Shown here: piece by piece, positions 27,618 through 37,122 of the stretch
How positions within the stretch are numbered: position 1 is the stretch's first letter
How the letters are laid out: every line of letters begins with the position of its first letter
NCBI GenBank assembly: GCA_964399035.1
Contig: CAYNPH010000037.1
Span: 4,681-68,680, forward strand
Direction: 5' to 3'
Length of the DNA stretch: 64,000 nt
Source of the DNA: an uncultured Desulfurococcaceae archaeon
GTDB taxonomy: Archaea > Thermoproteota > Thermoprotei_A > Sulfolobales > NBVN01
The notes under the pieces: model-generated
What the model was told of the DNA's origin: nothing
Databases searched by the model: none
Seen by the model: the letters and a program-made list of their open reading frames with translations, nothing else
Program-made: the position numbers and the translations under genes

Positions 27618-28328
27618 ATGGCGGAGGAGGTTAAGCAGGCGCGGCACCGCATAACTGGGAAGGCAGTGGTAGCGCTACACGTCATCACCGCAGCAGCCAT
27701 CGCGGCCGCGGCAGTAACTACGGGGGGAGCGACCCTTCAGGGGGCAGCGTTCATGGTGTTCGCGGCGCTACTGAACTGCGCGGCTGCCGTAGCCAGCGCT
27801 AAGAGGGCGTACGGAACAGCCGCTATCGTGGCAGGGATGCAGCTAATATCATCACCCTTAGCGATCCTCACCAGCCCCTACTACGTCATTATTTCGTTGC
27901 TGTTGCTGGCCTCAACGTCGCTTTCAGCCTACCTAGCAATAACTGAGGGAAGTTCGGAGGCGATGGGGAGGTACGTAAGGCTCGGTGCGGCAGCGTACCT
28001 GGTGGGTGTGGGGATAGCGTTGGCGGTGGCGGCATTGACGTGTCAGCCGTCGCCGGACCTGTTCAGGGTTGCTGCCTCCATGGCTGAACGCAGGTTAATT
28101 ACGTGGCGCGTGCTGGGAGTTCTGGCTGGCTTAGCCCACATGCTCGCGGCCCGCTACGTGCTTAAGGGTAGGCTAATCCATTACCTCCTGTGCATCGGGA
28201 TGTTCGTGTCCCCCATTTTCCTTCTAGCTCAGGCCCTCCAAGCACCGCCTGCCGTGGTGTGGGCTCAGGTAGTGGTGGTGCTCGAGGCATATGCCCTAGG
28301 GTTCAACGCGGCTAGGGGGGCCGTCTAG
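27618..28328 (+). CDS. Hypothetical multi-pass membrane protein
   Basis: About 7-8 hydrophobic segments; operonic between the permease and the kinase. Confidence 0.65.
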   Translation: MAEEVKQARHRITGKAVVALHVITAAAIAAAAVTTGGATLQGAAFMVFAALLNCAAAVASAKRAYGTAAIVAGMQLISSPLAILTSPYYVIISLLLLASTSLSAYLAITEGSSEAMGRYVRLGAAAYLVGVGIALAVAALTCQPSPDLFRVAASMAERRLITWRVLGVLAGLAHMLAARYVLKGRLIHYLLCIGMFVSPIFLLAQALQAPPAVVWAQVVVVLEAYALGFNAARGAV

Positions 28329-28329
28329 G

Positions 28330-29289
28330 ATGGGAACCGCACCACGCTTCGTTGTAGGGGTGGACTGTGGTGCCACAAGCACTAAGGCAACAGCCTTCGA
28401 AGTACTTGGCGATGGATCGCTAAAGCCCCTAGCAAGGGTCGTCTGCGGCCCCTCGAACCCCGCCTCCACGGATAGGGCTGTCGGGCAGGCTAACATAATG
28501 GAGTGCTTAAGGAAGCTCGCGGAGGAGACTGGCTTAAGACGCTTCGACCTAGTTGCGTTCTCAGCGGCTGGGACGGGACACGGAGCGTGGAGGAACTACT
28601 ACGTGGAGGCGGTGCTTAACACGGGATTAGCTGATAAGGTGATGGTCTTCGAGGACTACCTAGTAGCGCATTACGCGTGCTTCGAAGGGGGGCCAGGGAT
28701 AGTTGCGATATCGGGGACCGGTAGCTCAGCCTATGGGGTCGGTAGGGGCGGGACGGAAGTGAAGGTCGGTGGGTGGGGCCACCTAATAGATGACGGCGGG
28801 AGCGCATGGCACGCGGGCAAGGAGGGCATTAAGGCCGCCCTCAAGTATCTGGATGGCCGGGGACAGTACACGTCACTGTTAGGCAGGTTGGTGCATTACC
28901 TAGGACTACGTGACTTAGGGGACGTAATAACTAAGGTGTACGGGGATAAAGCGCCCAAGACGCTAATAGCGGGATTCGCTAGGTACGTGGTTGAGGAGGC
29001 CATTAAAGGAGATGATGTTGCTGTCAACATTATTGAGGAGGAAGCCCGTGAAATAGCGGAACTCCTCCTCGCAGCAAGGAAAATGCTTAACGATAATGAA
29101 CTACCGCTGTGTGTTGTTGGGGGCTTCTATGAGGGTGCGGGGGAGTTGCTACAACCGCACTTGCTCAAGGAGTTAGGAAATCATGGAATTAGTAAGGACT
29201 CCCTCGTAGAGGCTTCACTAAGCATGGAGGAGGCGGCGGTTAAGCTATCGCTGAGCAAAATCTTGGTGTCAAGCGCAGTTAGCCCGTAG
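28330..29289 (+). CDS. BadF/BadG-type sugar kinase (N-acetylglucosamine kinase-like)
   Basis: GVDCGATST phosphate-1 motif, ISGTGS, GGWGHLIDDGGS. Confidence 0.85.
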   Translation: MGTAPRFVVGVDCGATSTKATAFEVLGDGSLKPLARVVCGPSNPASTDRAVGQANIMECLRKLAEETGLRRFDLVAFSAAGTGHGAWRNYYVEAVLNTGLADKVMVFEDYLVAHYACFEGGPGIVAISGTGSSAYGVGRGGTEVKVGGWGHLIDDGGSAWHAGKEGIKAALKYLDGRGQYTSLLGRLVHYLGLRDLGDVITKVYGDKAPKTLIAGFARYVVEEAIKGDDVAVNIIEEEAREIAELLLAARKMLNDNELPLCVVGGFYEGAGELLQPHLLKELGNHGISKDSLVEASLSMEEAAVKLSLSKILVSSAVSP

Positions 29290-29422
29290 CCAATCAATAT
29301 AATGCCATGGGAATCCTTGCGTGGGTATTGGGGCAAGGTCAAGATAGCACCCCGTCAGCATGGCTCCACGTGCTTAACGGAGGAGTTATTTTCACCGCGC
29401 CTAAACTGTCTCGGTGAGCTAG

Positions 29423-31930
29423 TTGAGTAATGATCAGCACCGCAAACTCCACTTACTCGGCCATAGCCACTTAGATGTTGCTTGGCTCTGGCCCACCAGT
29501 GAAGCGAGGGAAGTCTTCGTTAAGACTGTTGCGAACGTTCTTAAGCTCATGAGTAAGTACCCTGGCTTCACATTCGCTCAGAGCACGGCCCTCTACTACG
29601 ACTGGTTAAGGTCGCTTAAGCCGGAACTCCTGGAGGAGGTTAAGCGCAGGGTTCGTGAGGGGAGGTGGGAGGTCGTTGGCGGGTCGTGGGTTGAGAGTGA
29701 CTGCATACTCCCGTCCGGTGAGGGCCTAGTTAGGCAGTTCCTGTACGGTAAGAGGTTCCTTAAGCGTGTGTTGGGTGTTGACGTGAGGGTGGCTTGGTTC
29801 CCCGACAGCTTCGGCTTCCCTGCTTCACTCCCCCAAATACTTCGGGGATGCGGGATCAAGTACTTCGTCACGCAGAAGCTTAATTGGAACGACACCGTCA
29901 TGTTCCCCTACAACCTATTCAAGTGGTTGTCCCCTGACGGCTCCGAGGTCCTCGCCTACCAGACCGTGGGTGGGTACTGGGGCAACCCGGGTGAGGTGTG
30001 GAAGGTCGCCACGTACTTCCTAGCCCTACACGCAAGGCACGGTATCGGGGACCTACTCCTCATATACGGTTACGGCGACCACGGATGCGGCCCCAAGGAA
30101 GAGGAGGTTGCCGCGGCCGAAGCCCTCGTGAGGGAAGTACCGCCCGAACTTAAGGCCTTAGGGGTTAGTGAGGCTAGGCACTCACGTGCTGAGGACTACT
30201 TAAGGATGGTGGAGGAAGCGCACGGCGACCGCATACCTAAGTACGTTGGTGAACTCTACCTCCAATTCCACCGCGGAACCTACACCTCGCAAGCAAGGAT
30301 TAAGGAACTCGTAAAGGAGTGCGAACATTTACTGGAGACCCTCGAGAAGCTACTCACGCTAAGGTACCTAGCCTCAGGGAAGCCGTATGATAGGCGGGAG
30401 GTCGAGTCCCTCTGGAGGGAGGTCCTCACAGCCCACTTCCACGACGTGCTCGCCGGCTCACTATCGAAAACGCCCTACACGGAGTTCCTGAATAGGCTCT
30501 CGAAGCTACGGAAGAACCTCCACGCTAGGGTACGCGCGCTAATAGCGGAACTCCTTAACGTGCCTAACGCTGAGGACGGTAAGGGAAGCTTAGCGGTGTT
30601 CAACCCGTTGCCGAGGGAGGTACGTACCTACGTTGAGTTGCCGGGCCGCGGACTAGTTAGGGTGAGGGCGCCACCGCTAGCGCTGGTTGCCGCGGAGCCC
30701 GAGGAGGTTGAGGCGGGCGCGGAAGTGGTTGATGGTGGGGATCACCTGATCCTGAGGAACGGGTTGGTGGAGGTTAGGGTGAGTAAGGAGACGGGTGAGG
30801 TGAGGTCCCTGAAGCTCCTAGCTAATGGTCAAGGCAAGGAGTTCTTGGGAGGCCGAGGCGTGGGGTTCGAGGTGTATGACGACACACCACGCCTCGGCAG
30901 GGCGACCGCCGGAACCATCGAGAAGTTCGTTGACTACGCCTTCGACTGCTGGGAACTCTACCACCTCCAGAGGCTGGACGGGGTCAAGTACCGGAGGCTA
31001 ACGAAGCCCGTCAAGGTGGAGGTCACGGAGCGAGGACCTTCAAGGGCGTCCGTGATGATCGAGTACGCGTACAGGGATGAGGGCGGCGAGGCCAGGTTAA
31101 GGCACCACATACGCGTGTACGCCGGGGAACCGTGGGTCGAGGGCGTCGTCGAAATTGAGTGGGCACTCACCCATCGCCTGCTGAAGCTCGTGGCCGACCT
31201 AAGCATGTGGGCAGAAAACATCGTCGTCGGGCAACCCTACGGCCACGCAGTAAGGAGGAACCCAGCATCACCGTACTCCACCCTCTACGACAGGGCGATG
31301 TGGGAGGCATGGTTCAACGGCTGGATCGACTACAGCAACGGGAAAGCCGGACTAGCGCTGATCTGCGGCACCCGCTTCGGGTATGACGTCATGGGTAAGA
31401 CCCTCAGGCTAACCCTACTGCGGGGACCGAGATTCCCTCCCGAAGGCGCTATCGGCGTCCCGTGGACTCCCGAACTCCTTAAGGCACAAGACCCGGTCGA
31501 GTCAGGGCGCTACCGAATAACCTACTACCTCTACCCACATGAAGGCGACTGGGTCGCGGGTAAGGTACCTACGAAGGCCGAGGAACTACTGAATAGACCG
31601 TACGTCACGGTGGTGCGGGAACCCAAGGTCAGGGAGGTTACCCCCATAACGATTGAGGCTGGTGACGTTGAGGTTCCGGTGCTGAAGGTCTGCGAGGATC
31701 GGGACGACTGCGTGGTGTTGAGGGCCTTCAACCCGTACGGCCGTAGCGGCGTCGTGAGCGTGGGTCTAAGGGGTGCTGACGTGGTTAAGGCTGAGGAAAC
31801 CAACATGCTTGAGGAGAGCTTGAGCGAGGTACCCGTGAGTAACAACGGTAACCTCACCTTAAAGGTGAGGCCATTTAAGGTCGCCACATTTAAACTCACG
31901 GTCAAACATGACGGGACGCGATCAGTGTGA
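29423..31930 (+). CDS. Alpha-mannosidase, GH38
   Basis: HSHLDVAWLW (Zn), WEVVGGSWVE, RQFLYG, WFPDSFG (nucleophile), YGYGDHG, FHRGTYTSQ, HFHDVLAG. Confidence 0.95.
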   Translation: MSNDQHRKLHLLGHSHLDVAWLWPTSEAREVFVKTVANVLKLMSKYPGFTFAQSTALYYDWLRSLKPELLEEVKRRVREGRWEVVGGSWVESDCILPSGEGLVRQFLYGKRFLKRVLGVDVRVAWFPDSFGFPASLPQILRGCGIKYFVTQKLNWNDTVMFPYNLFKWLSPDGSEVLAYQTVGGYWGNPGEVWKVATYFLALHARHGIGDLLLIYGYGDHGCGPKEEEVAAAEALVREVPPELKALGVSEARHSRAEDYLRMVEEAHGDRIPKYVGELYLQFHRGTYTSQARIKELVKECEHLLETLEKLLTLRYLASGKPYDRREVESLWREVLTAHFHDVLAGSLSKTPYTEFLNRLSKLRKNLHARVRALIAELLNVPNAEDGKGSLAVFNPLPREVRTYVELPGRGLVRVRAPPLALVAAEPEEVEAGAEVVDGGDHLILRNGLVEVRVSKETGEVRSLKLLANGQGKEFLGGRGVGFEVYDDTPRLGRATAGTIEKFVDYAFDCWELYHLQRLDGVKYRRLTKPVKVEVTERGPSRASVMIEYAYRDEGGEARLRHHIRVYAGEPWVEGVVEIEWALTHRLLKLVADLSMWAENIVVGQPYGHAVRRNPASPYSTLYDRAMWEAWFNGWIDYSNGKAGLALICGTRFGYDVMGKTLRLTLLRGPRFPPEGAIGVPWTPELLKAQDPVESGRYRITYYLYPHEGDWVAGKVPTKAEELLNRPYVTVVREPKVREVTPITIEAGDVEVPVLKVCEDRDDCVVLRAFNPYGRSGVVSVGLRGADVVKAEETNMLEESLSEVPVSNNGNLTLKVRPFKVATFKLTVKHDGTRSV

Positions 31931-32870
31931 GGCTGGTTTTTCCCGGTAGCTTGAAGTAAGGTTCCCTTAACTCCGTCGCGCGCCTGAACGCATCCTTCAG
32001 GCCCTCAGCATCCCTCCTCAGTATGGCGTCCCTAGCGTCAACGGTTAGGTCGGGCCTGTATATGCATGTCTGTAGCTTGCCGTCGGGGGTCATCCTTAGC
32101 CTAGTGCATCTAGCGCAGAGGTAGGGGTTCCCGAAACCCTTAATGACGTATACCCTGATGCCGGAGGGCATTAAGTAGGTGGGCCTGTTCTGGAACTCGG
32201 CGAACCATACCTTACTGGCTCTCTCCCTCAGGTACTCCTCCACGGGACTTAACCCTACATGCAGCTCCCTGTAGACATCGGGTGGGGTGCCGACAGGTAT
32301 TAACTCAATCACGTTCAGATCAGCCCCTATTCTCGAGGCGTAATCCACGATGTCCTTAAACTCATCAACGTTTAGGGAGAGCACCAAGTAATTGAGCTTC
32401 ACCTTGAGCCCAGCGTCAACCGCTGCCTTAATACCCTTCAAAACATCATTTAGGGAACCCCCGCCAGTTATCCTCCTGAAAACATCCTCTCTCAACGAGT
32501 GTAGGGATACGTTAACCCTACTTAACCCGGCCTCGGCGAGTGCAGATGCAAACTCCCTTAACCTTGAGGCATTGGTGACTAAGCTAACATCCTTAACATG
32601 CTGGGATATTGCTGAGACGATGTCCGCAACATCGTCCCTGACTAAGGGCTCACCACCAGTTAGCTTGAAACCAACGATACCCAGGGATGAAGCCACCTCC
32701 GCCACAAAGCCGAAGTCACCCGCGCTCAGCTCGTCCTTAACCTGCGAGGCGGGTATCCCCTCCCTATGGCAGAAGATGCACGCGTGGTTACACCTTAGCG
32801 TTATGCTTACCCTCAACCTATTCACTGGCCTACCGAACCTATCCACCAGCAAGCTAGGCGATATCTTCAC
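31902..32870 (-). CDS. moaA: GTP 3',8-cyclase (molybdopterin biosynthesis)
   Basis: DRFGRP..LRVSITLRCNHACIFCHREG, LTGGEP, and C-terminal C..CTRLRMTPDGKLQTC. Confidence 0.95.
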   Translation of the reverse strand: MKISPSLLVDRFGRPVNRLRVSITLRCNHACIFCHREGIPASQVKDELSAGDFGFVAEVASSLGIVGFKLTGGEPLVRDDVADIVSAISQHVKDVSLVTNASRLREFASALAEAGLSRVNVSLHSLREDVFRRITGGGSLNDVLKGIKAAVDAGLKVKLNYLVLSLNVDEFKDIVDYASRIGADLNVIELIPVGTPPDVYRELHVGLSPVEEYLRERASKVWFAEFQNRPTYLMPSGIRVYVIKGFGNPYLCARCTRLRMTPDGKLQTCIYRPDLTVDARDAILRRDAEGLKDAFRRATELREPYFKLPGKTSLTLIASRHV

Positions 32871-33044
32871 TCACCCCTTCAGCCACTAAGCATAAGTAGG
32901 GCACAGTAAAATAAGTGTATTTTATTGGAGTTGGTCAACGTTAAACAGAGACGATATACTTGTGAAGAATTCCCTTCAACGCCGGTGCGTGAAAGTCTAC
33001 GAATGGCGCCCCACGCATTGTCGTTGGACCCGCTAACCTTAATT

Positions 33045-33072
33045 AATCGTTATCAGTTATTTGATAACGATT
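33045..33072. promoter_or_regulatory. Perfect 11-bp inverted repeat AATCGTTATCA-N6-TGATAACGATT (candidate operator)
   Basis: Read directly, 15 nt upstream of ATG 33087; the core CGTTATC-N8-GATAACG recurs at 34844-34865. Confidence 0.7.
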
Positions 33073-33086
33073 CAAGGGTGCCTCAA

Positions 33087-34829
33087 ATGAGTGATGCGGG
33101 CCACGGTGACAGAAGCTACGTACGTTGTAACGTGTGCGAGTTTCGATGCTCGATACCTGAGGGCGGTGCGGGTCGATGTAGAATGATAACGAATAGGGGC
33201 GGGAACCTAGAGGAGGTCTTCCATCAGTACTTCACCTTCACATTCCCCGTAAACTCTGAGGCGGTTCCGCTCCTCCATTTCTACCCTAACCATCCGTTCC
33301 TGGCAGTAGGGTCTATCGGATGTAACTTCACATGTGTGGGGTGCATATCCCGCACCCTAACCCAGCGCATTAAGCTGGCAACTAAGTTACTTCGAAGGAG
33401 GAGCTTGAGAGATATCATAAAAGAGGCGGTGGGCCTCGGGTGCGTGGGTGTGGCGTTCATCCTGAGCGAACCAACCGTAACTTACTGGACGTTCCTGAGG
33501 CTAGCTAAGCTAGCGAAGAGGGAGGGCTTACTTGTCGGGTGCTCCTCAAACCTCTACCTAACTGCGGATGCCCTATCAAGACTCGCACCCTATCTAGACT
33601 TTGCGGTTGCGGGCATCAAGGGTTTCTCGCCAGGAATTTATGCTAGGCTCAGCGGTGGCGCGGAACCAGCGCCAGTATTCAGGAACATCGAGTTCCTGGT
33701 GAGGGAGGGAATCCATGTTGAGGTCACGATCACCTACTACAGGGGTCTTGAGGATGAAGTCCTTCACGCGGCCAAGGCGATCGCCAGCATATCACCTGAG
33801 ATTCCCTTTCACATAATGGTGTTTACAGCTCCCTCAGAGGAGTACCTTGGGCTGGAGCCAGATGTTGGCGTTGCCGAGCGGTTGTGTGATACGATCAGGA
33901 GGGAGTACCTTAAGTACGCGTACCTGTTCAACATTCCTGGAACTAAGTACCTGAATACAGTGGTGGGTGGCGAGGAAGTCATTAAGCGCGAGTTCTTCGG
34001 CCCATGCTCAGCTAAGGTAACTTACTTCACACGTAACGCGGAAAGGGTGGCTGGCATTAAGGGGCACATAGCCCGTGAGTGCCCAATCAACGCCGAGTCC
34101 TTCATGCTGGGCTACAGGGTCACAGGTGCCTTAGAACTTATTGACTCAGTACTGCGGTTCCTAGGAGTTACCGATGAGACCGTGAGGTACGAAGCTCTTG
34201 GGAATGCAATCGAGCAGGGCTTCACAGACACGATACGTAGCACCCTAAACAACTCACCGAGCCCGCAGGAGCTACGCGGCTTAATGCAGGCAATAGCTAA
34301 GCTAGCTGGGCTGAGCCTAAGTAACCACCCTAAGGTGCTCTTCATCGACAAGGTAACGGAAACCATAGAACGATTAAGGGCGAGGATAGTGAAGCCCCGG
34401 AAAACCTATCTATGCTTAGGCCACCCGCTCTACGCGAAGAGGAAAGGATCATACCAGCTGGAATTACTTAAGTTCATAGGGTCTGAATGCATCAATTACT
34501 CGCTAAGTAGCTCCAGCACCATAGGGCAGAACGCCGGCGCGGAGGAACTGAAGCGCCTATCCCCTGAAGTGATATTCATAGACGCGCACTTCCCCTACAG
34601 CGTTGAGGACTTCATGAGGCTCTCCGAAGAGATAGGTCTGGACTTGAACGCGATTAAGCATCACAGAGTATATAAGGTGCCTCCCGCTTACAGAGGTTTC
34701 CATTACTGGTTACTTCAGGCTCTTTTCATGGCGTCCAAAACGTATTCAGATACGTATCCGTCTTCCTTAGTTAATAACGCTGAGAAATGCTTACTTCAAG
34801 GTAATTGCCGCTTGATTATGACTGGTTAA
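33087..34829 (+). CDS. Radical SAM (PFL-activase-like) protein fused to a C-terminal class III (Fe/B12-type) binding-protein-like domain
   Basis: Start moved to ATG 33087. CNVCEFRC..GRC, GCNFTCVGC (CxxxCxxC), SEPT; C-terminus EELKRLSPEVIFI..LNAIKHHRVYKVP resembles the Peripla_BP_2 C-lobe. Confidence 0.75.
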   Translation: MSDAGHGDRSYVRCNVCEFRCSIPEGGAGRCRMITNRGGNLEEVFHQYFTFTFPVNSEAVPLLHFYPNHPFLAVGSIGCNFTCVGCISRTLTQRIKLATKLLRRRSLRDIIKEAVGLGCVGVAFILSEPTVTYWTFLRLAKLAKREGLLVGCSSNLYLTADALSRLAPYLDFAVAGIKGFSPGIYARLSGGAEPAPVFRNIEFLVREGIHVEVTITYYRGLEDEVLHAAKAIASISPEIPFHIMVFTAPSEEYLGLEPDVGVAERLCDTIRREYLKYAYLFNIPGTKYLNTVVGGEEVIKREFFGPCSAKVTYFTRNAERVAGIKGHIARECPINAESFMLGYRVTGALELIDSVLRFLGVTDETVRYEALGNAIEQGFTDTIRSTLNNSPSPQELRGLMQAIAKLAGLSLSNHPKVLFIDKVTETIERLRARIVKPRKTYLCLGHPLYAKRKGSYQLELLKFIGSECINYSLSSSSTIGQNAGAEELKRLSPEVIFIDAHFPYSVEDFMRLSEEIGLDLNAIKHHRVYKVPPAYRGFHYWLLQALFMASKTYSDTYPSSLVNNAEKCLLQGNCRLIMTG

Positions 34830-34843
34830 GTAAATCTTAAATA

Positions 34844-34866
34844 CGTTATCCGTTATCCGATAACGG
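34844..34866. promoter_or_regulatory. CGTTATC-N8-GATAACG palindrome (with nested CCGTTATC-C-GATAACGG) upstream of the ABC SBP gene
   Basis: Read directly; same half-sites and spacing as 33048-33069. Confidence 0.65.
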
Positions 34867-34997
34867 TGATTAAGAGTGGTTGTTGAGTGTTTTGTCGAGC
34901 GTGGAATCCGTACGCATTGGCTGAATGCGGTTCCCTTGTTTGTGGTCAGCAAGAGTATATATTTAGGTGTACCTATTACCATAATGAGGTGCACTAA

Positions 34998-36158
34998 ATG
35001 AGCAGAAAAGCGTTAAGCAAAGCAATTTCCGTAGCGATAATAGTAGCAATAGTTATCTGCATCATCGCTGGTAGTGCGTACTACCTACACATAAGTAAAC
35101 GCGCAAACTTCACCACAACTACAAGCGTAGCGGCAACATCAGCCACTACCAGCACGAGAACGTCGACAACAACCAGGCAAGGGGGAGCAGCCACCACACA
35201 ATATGTTGTGGTGGTCGACGCCAGAGGTAAGAAGGTGAAGATACCTGAGCCCGTTACGAGGGTGATTGCATTATACGGTATGGCGCCGCCCTTCCTTTAC
35301 CTGCTCGGCGTAGGGAATAAGTTCTATGGGGGCTGGTCATGGGGTGAAGATTTCTATAAGCTCGTTGACCCAGAATTCAATAAGAAGATAGGGTTTGGAA
35401 GGTCAATGAACGTTGAGGAGATCGTTAAGGTAAGACCACAATTAGTTATAGCTGCTACATGGAGAAGATTCTCTAAGATGGTATCCCAGCTAGAGAGCTT
35501 AGGGATACCAGTAGTGTGTATTAAGATCGAAAACATTAACGAAATTTACAGTACCATATCAATGTTCGGTAAGATCTTTCACAAGGAGAAGTACGCGAAC
35601 ACCATAATCAACTACTATAAGTCCATAGTTAATGAAGTAGAGTCTAAGGTGAAAAGTGTCTCAACGAAACCCAAGGTACTGATACTGTACTACAGTGGAA
35701 GGCACCACAGCCTAAGGACGTTCGGCGGCGACATGTTCCAAAGCAAACTAGTCGAGCTTGCTGGCGGAGTGAACGTCGCCGGAAACCTATCAGGGAAGAA
35801 GGGGGTTAACGTAGAGCAGGTAGCTAAGTGGAACCCAGACATAATACTGATAATACAGTACGGCGTCCCGGCAAGCAAGACCCTCCAGCTAATCAGGAAC
35901 GACCCAGCGTGGCAGGCAATTAAGGCGGTTAAGGATGGGAAGGTATACGTAGTTCCTTACGACGGCGAGAACTGGATTGACCCGTGTCCGAAGTGGGCCC
36001 TCGGCCTGCTGTGGCTCGGCAAGGTTCTTCACCCACAGCAGTTTAAGGACGTTAACCTTACTGAGGTCGCGGCGCACTTCTACAAGGAGTTCTTCAACCT
36101 GAGCTTAAGTGAGGTGCACATAACTGGTAACCTAACGGTGAGCACTGCTAAGGGGTAG
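34998..36158 (+). CDS. Type II ABC importer substrate-binding protein (FepB/BtuF/MolA class III)
   Basis: N-terminal TM and Thr linker, VVDARGKKVKIPEPVTRVI, NVEEIVKVRPQLVI, VNVEQVAKWNPDII, AVKDGKVYVVP. Confidence 0.9.
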   Translation: MSRKALSKAISVAIIVAIVICIIAGSAYYLHISKRANFTTTTSVAATSATTSTRTSTTTRQGGAATTQYVVVVDARGKKVKIPEPVTRVIALYGMAPPFLYLLGVGNKFYGGWSWGEDFYKLVDPEFNKKIGFGRSMNVEEIVKVRPQLVIAATWRRFSKMVSQLESLGIPVVCIKIENINEIYSTISMFGKIFHKEKYANTIINYYKSIVNEVESKVKSVSTKPKVLILYYSGRHHSLRTFGGDMFQSKLVELAGGVNVAGNLSGKKGVNVEQVAKWNPDIILIIQYGVPASKTLQLIRNDPAWQAIKAVKDGKVYVVPYDGENWIDPCPKWALGLLWLGKVLHPQQFKDVNLTEVAAHFYKEFFNLSLSEVHITGNLTVSTAKG

Positions 36159-36162
36159 CACG

Positions 36163-37122
36163 ATGGATAAGGCGATCCTAAAGCTCACGGTGTTTTTCAT
36201 ATTCCTGTTTATTACCTCACTCAGTGTTGGTAGGCTCCTCTTTCCCCCATGGCATGCCAACGCGCTCGACAGGACGATAATTACGTACGTGCGCCTGCCG
36301 AGGGTTGCGGCGGCCTCACTCACAGGCGCCGCGCTAGGCTTAGCGGGGGTGGCGCTACAGAACATCTTCAGGAATTACTTGGCAGGGCCCGGAATACTCG
36401 GCGTCACGAGCGGCTCGGCGTTCGGCGCCGTGCTCGCCATACTTCTCCTGCCCCCGAACCCAGCCGCGGTTCAGTTAACTGCATTCGTGTTCGGCCTGAT
36501 GGCGATGCTCCTCGCATACTACTTAGCTAGGCTTGCGGGTGGAGGGATACTGGCGCTGATACTGGCAGGCATAGTTACCTCGGCGCTGTTCTCGGCGTGC
36601 GTCGGCATGGTTAAGTACATGGCGGATCCCTACAATAAGTTGCCGGCCATGGTTTACTGGTTGCTGGGTAGCTTCGCGGGAACTAAGTGGAGTGACCTCG
36701 CCCCAGCAGTACCGCCCTTACTCATCGGTGTGGTGACGCTCCTCTTACTTAGGTGGGTTCTTAACGTGCTTTCACTAGGGGATGATGAGGCGGTGGCGTT
36801 AGGCGTGAACGTGGGTTTATTCAGGGCCTTAACAATAGTGGCCGCGACCCTGGCGACCTCCGCCTCCACCTCCCTAGCAGGCATGATAGCTTGGGTTGGG
36901 GTAGTGAGTCCCCACATCGCTAGGCTACTTGTAGGGTATGATAACAGGAGGTTAGTGCCGGCATCCGCGTTAGTCGGTGCCACGCTACTGCTCTTCTGCG
37001 ACGACCTAGCCAGGACCCTGTCCGCGGCCGAGCTACCGTTGAGTGTTATGACTAACTTCGTCGGCGCCCCCATACTCTTCGCCATACTCGTTAGGAGGAG
37101 GGCGTGCCTTGCTGGAAGTTAA
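36163..37122 (+). CDS. Type II ABC importer permease (FecCD/BtuC/MolB family)
   Basis: VRLPRV, QNIFRNYLAGPGILGVTSG, YWLLGS, LSLGDDEAVALGV, GMIAWVG..PHIAR. Confidence 0.92.
   Translation: MDKAILKLTVFFIFLFITSLSVGRLLFPPWHANALDRTIITYVRLPRVAAASLTGAALGLAGVALQNIFRNYLAGPGILGVTSGSAFGAVLAILLLPPNPAAVQLTAFVFGLMAMLLAYYLARLAGGGILALILAGIVTSALFSACVGMVKYMADPYNKLPAMVYWLLGSFAGTKWSDLAPAVPPLLIGVVTLLLLRWVLNVLSLGDDEAVALGVNVGLFRALTIVAATLATSASTSLAGMIAWVGVVSPHIARLLVGYDNRRLVPASALVGATLLLFCDDLARTLSAAELPLSVMTNFVGAPILFAILVRRRACLAGS

Noticed and set aside
32925-33086. 5' extension of the radical SAM fusion given by the ORF track
   Set aside because: It spans the divergent promoter and the 11-bp inverted repeat. The Cys-containing domain begins after ATG 33087.
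32900-36160. Horizontally acquired low-GC island
   Set aside because: It looks somewhat more AT-rich by eye, but I cannot compute GC or codon statistics. No integrase, tRNA or flanking direct repeats are seen.
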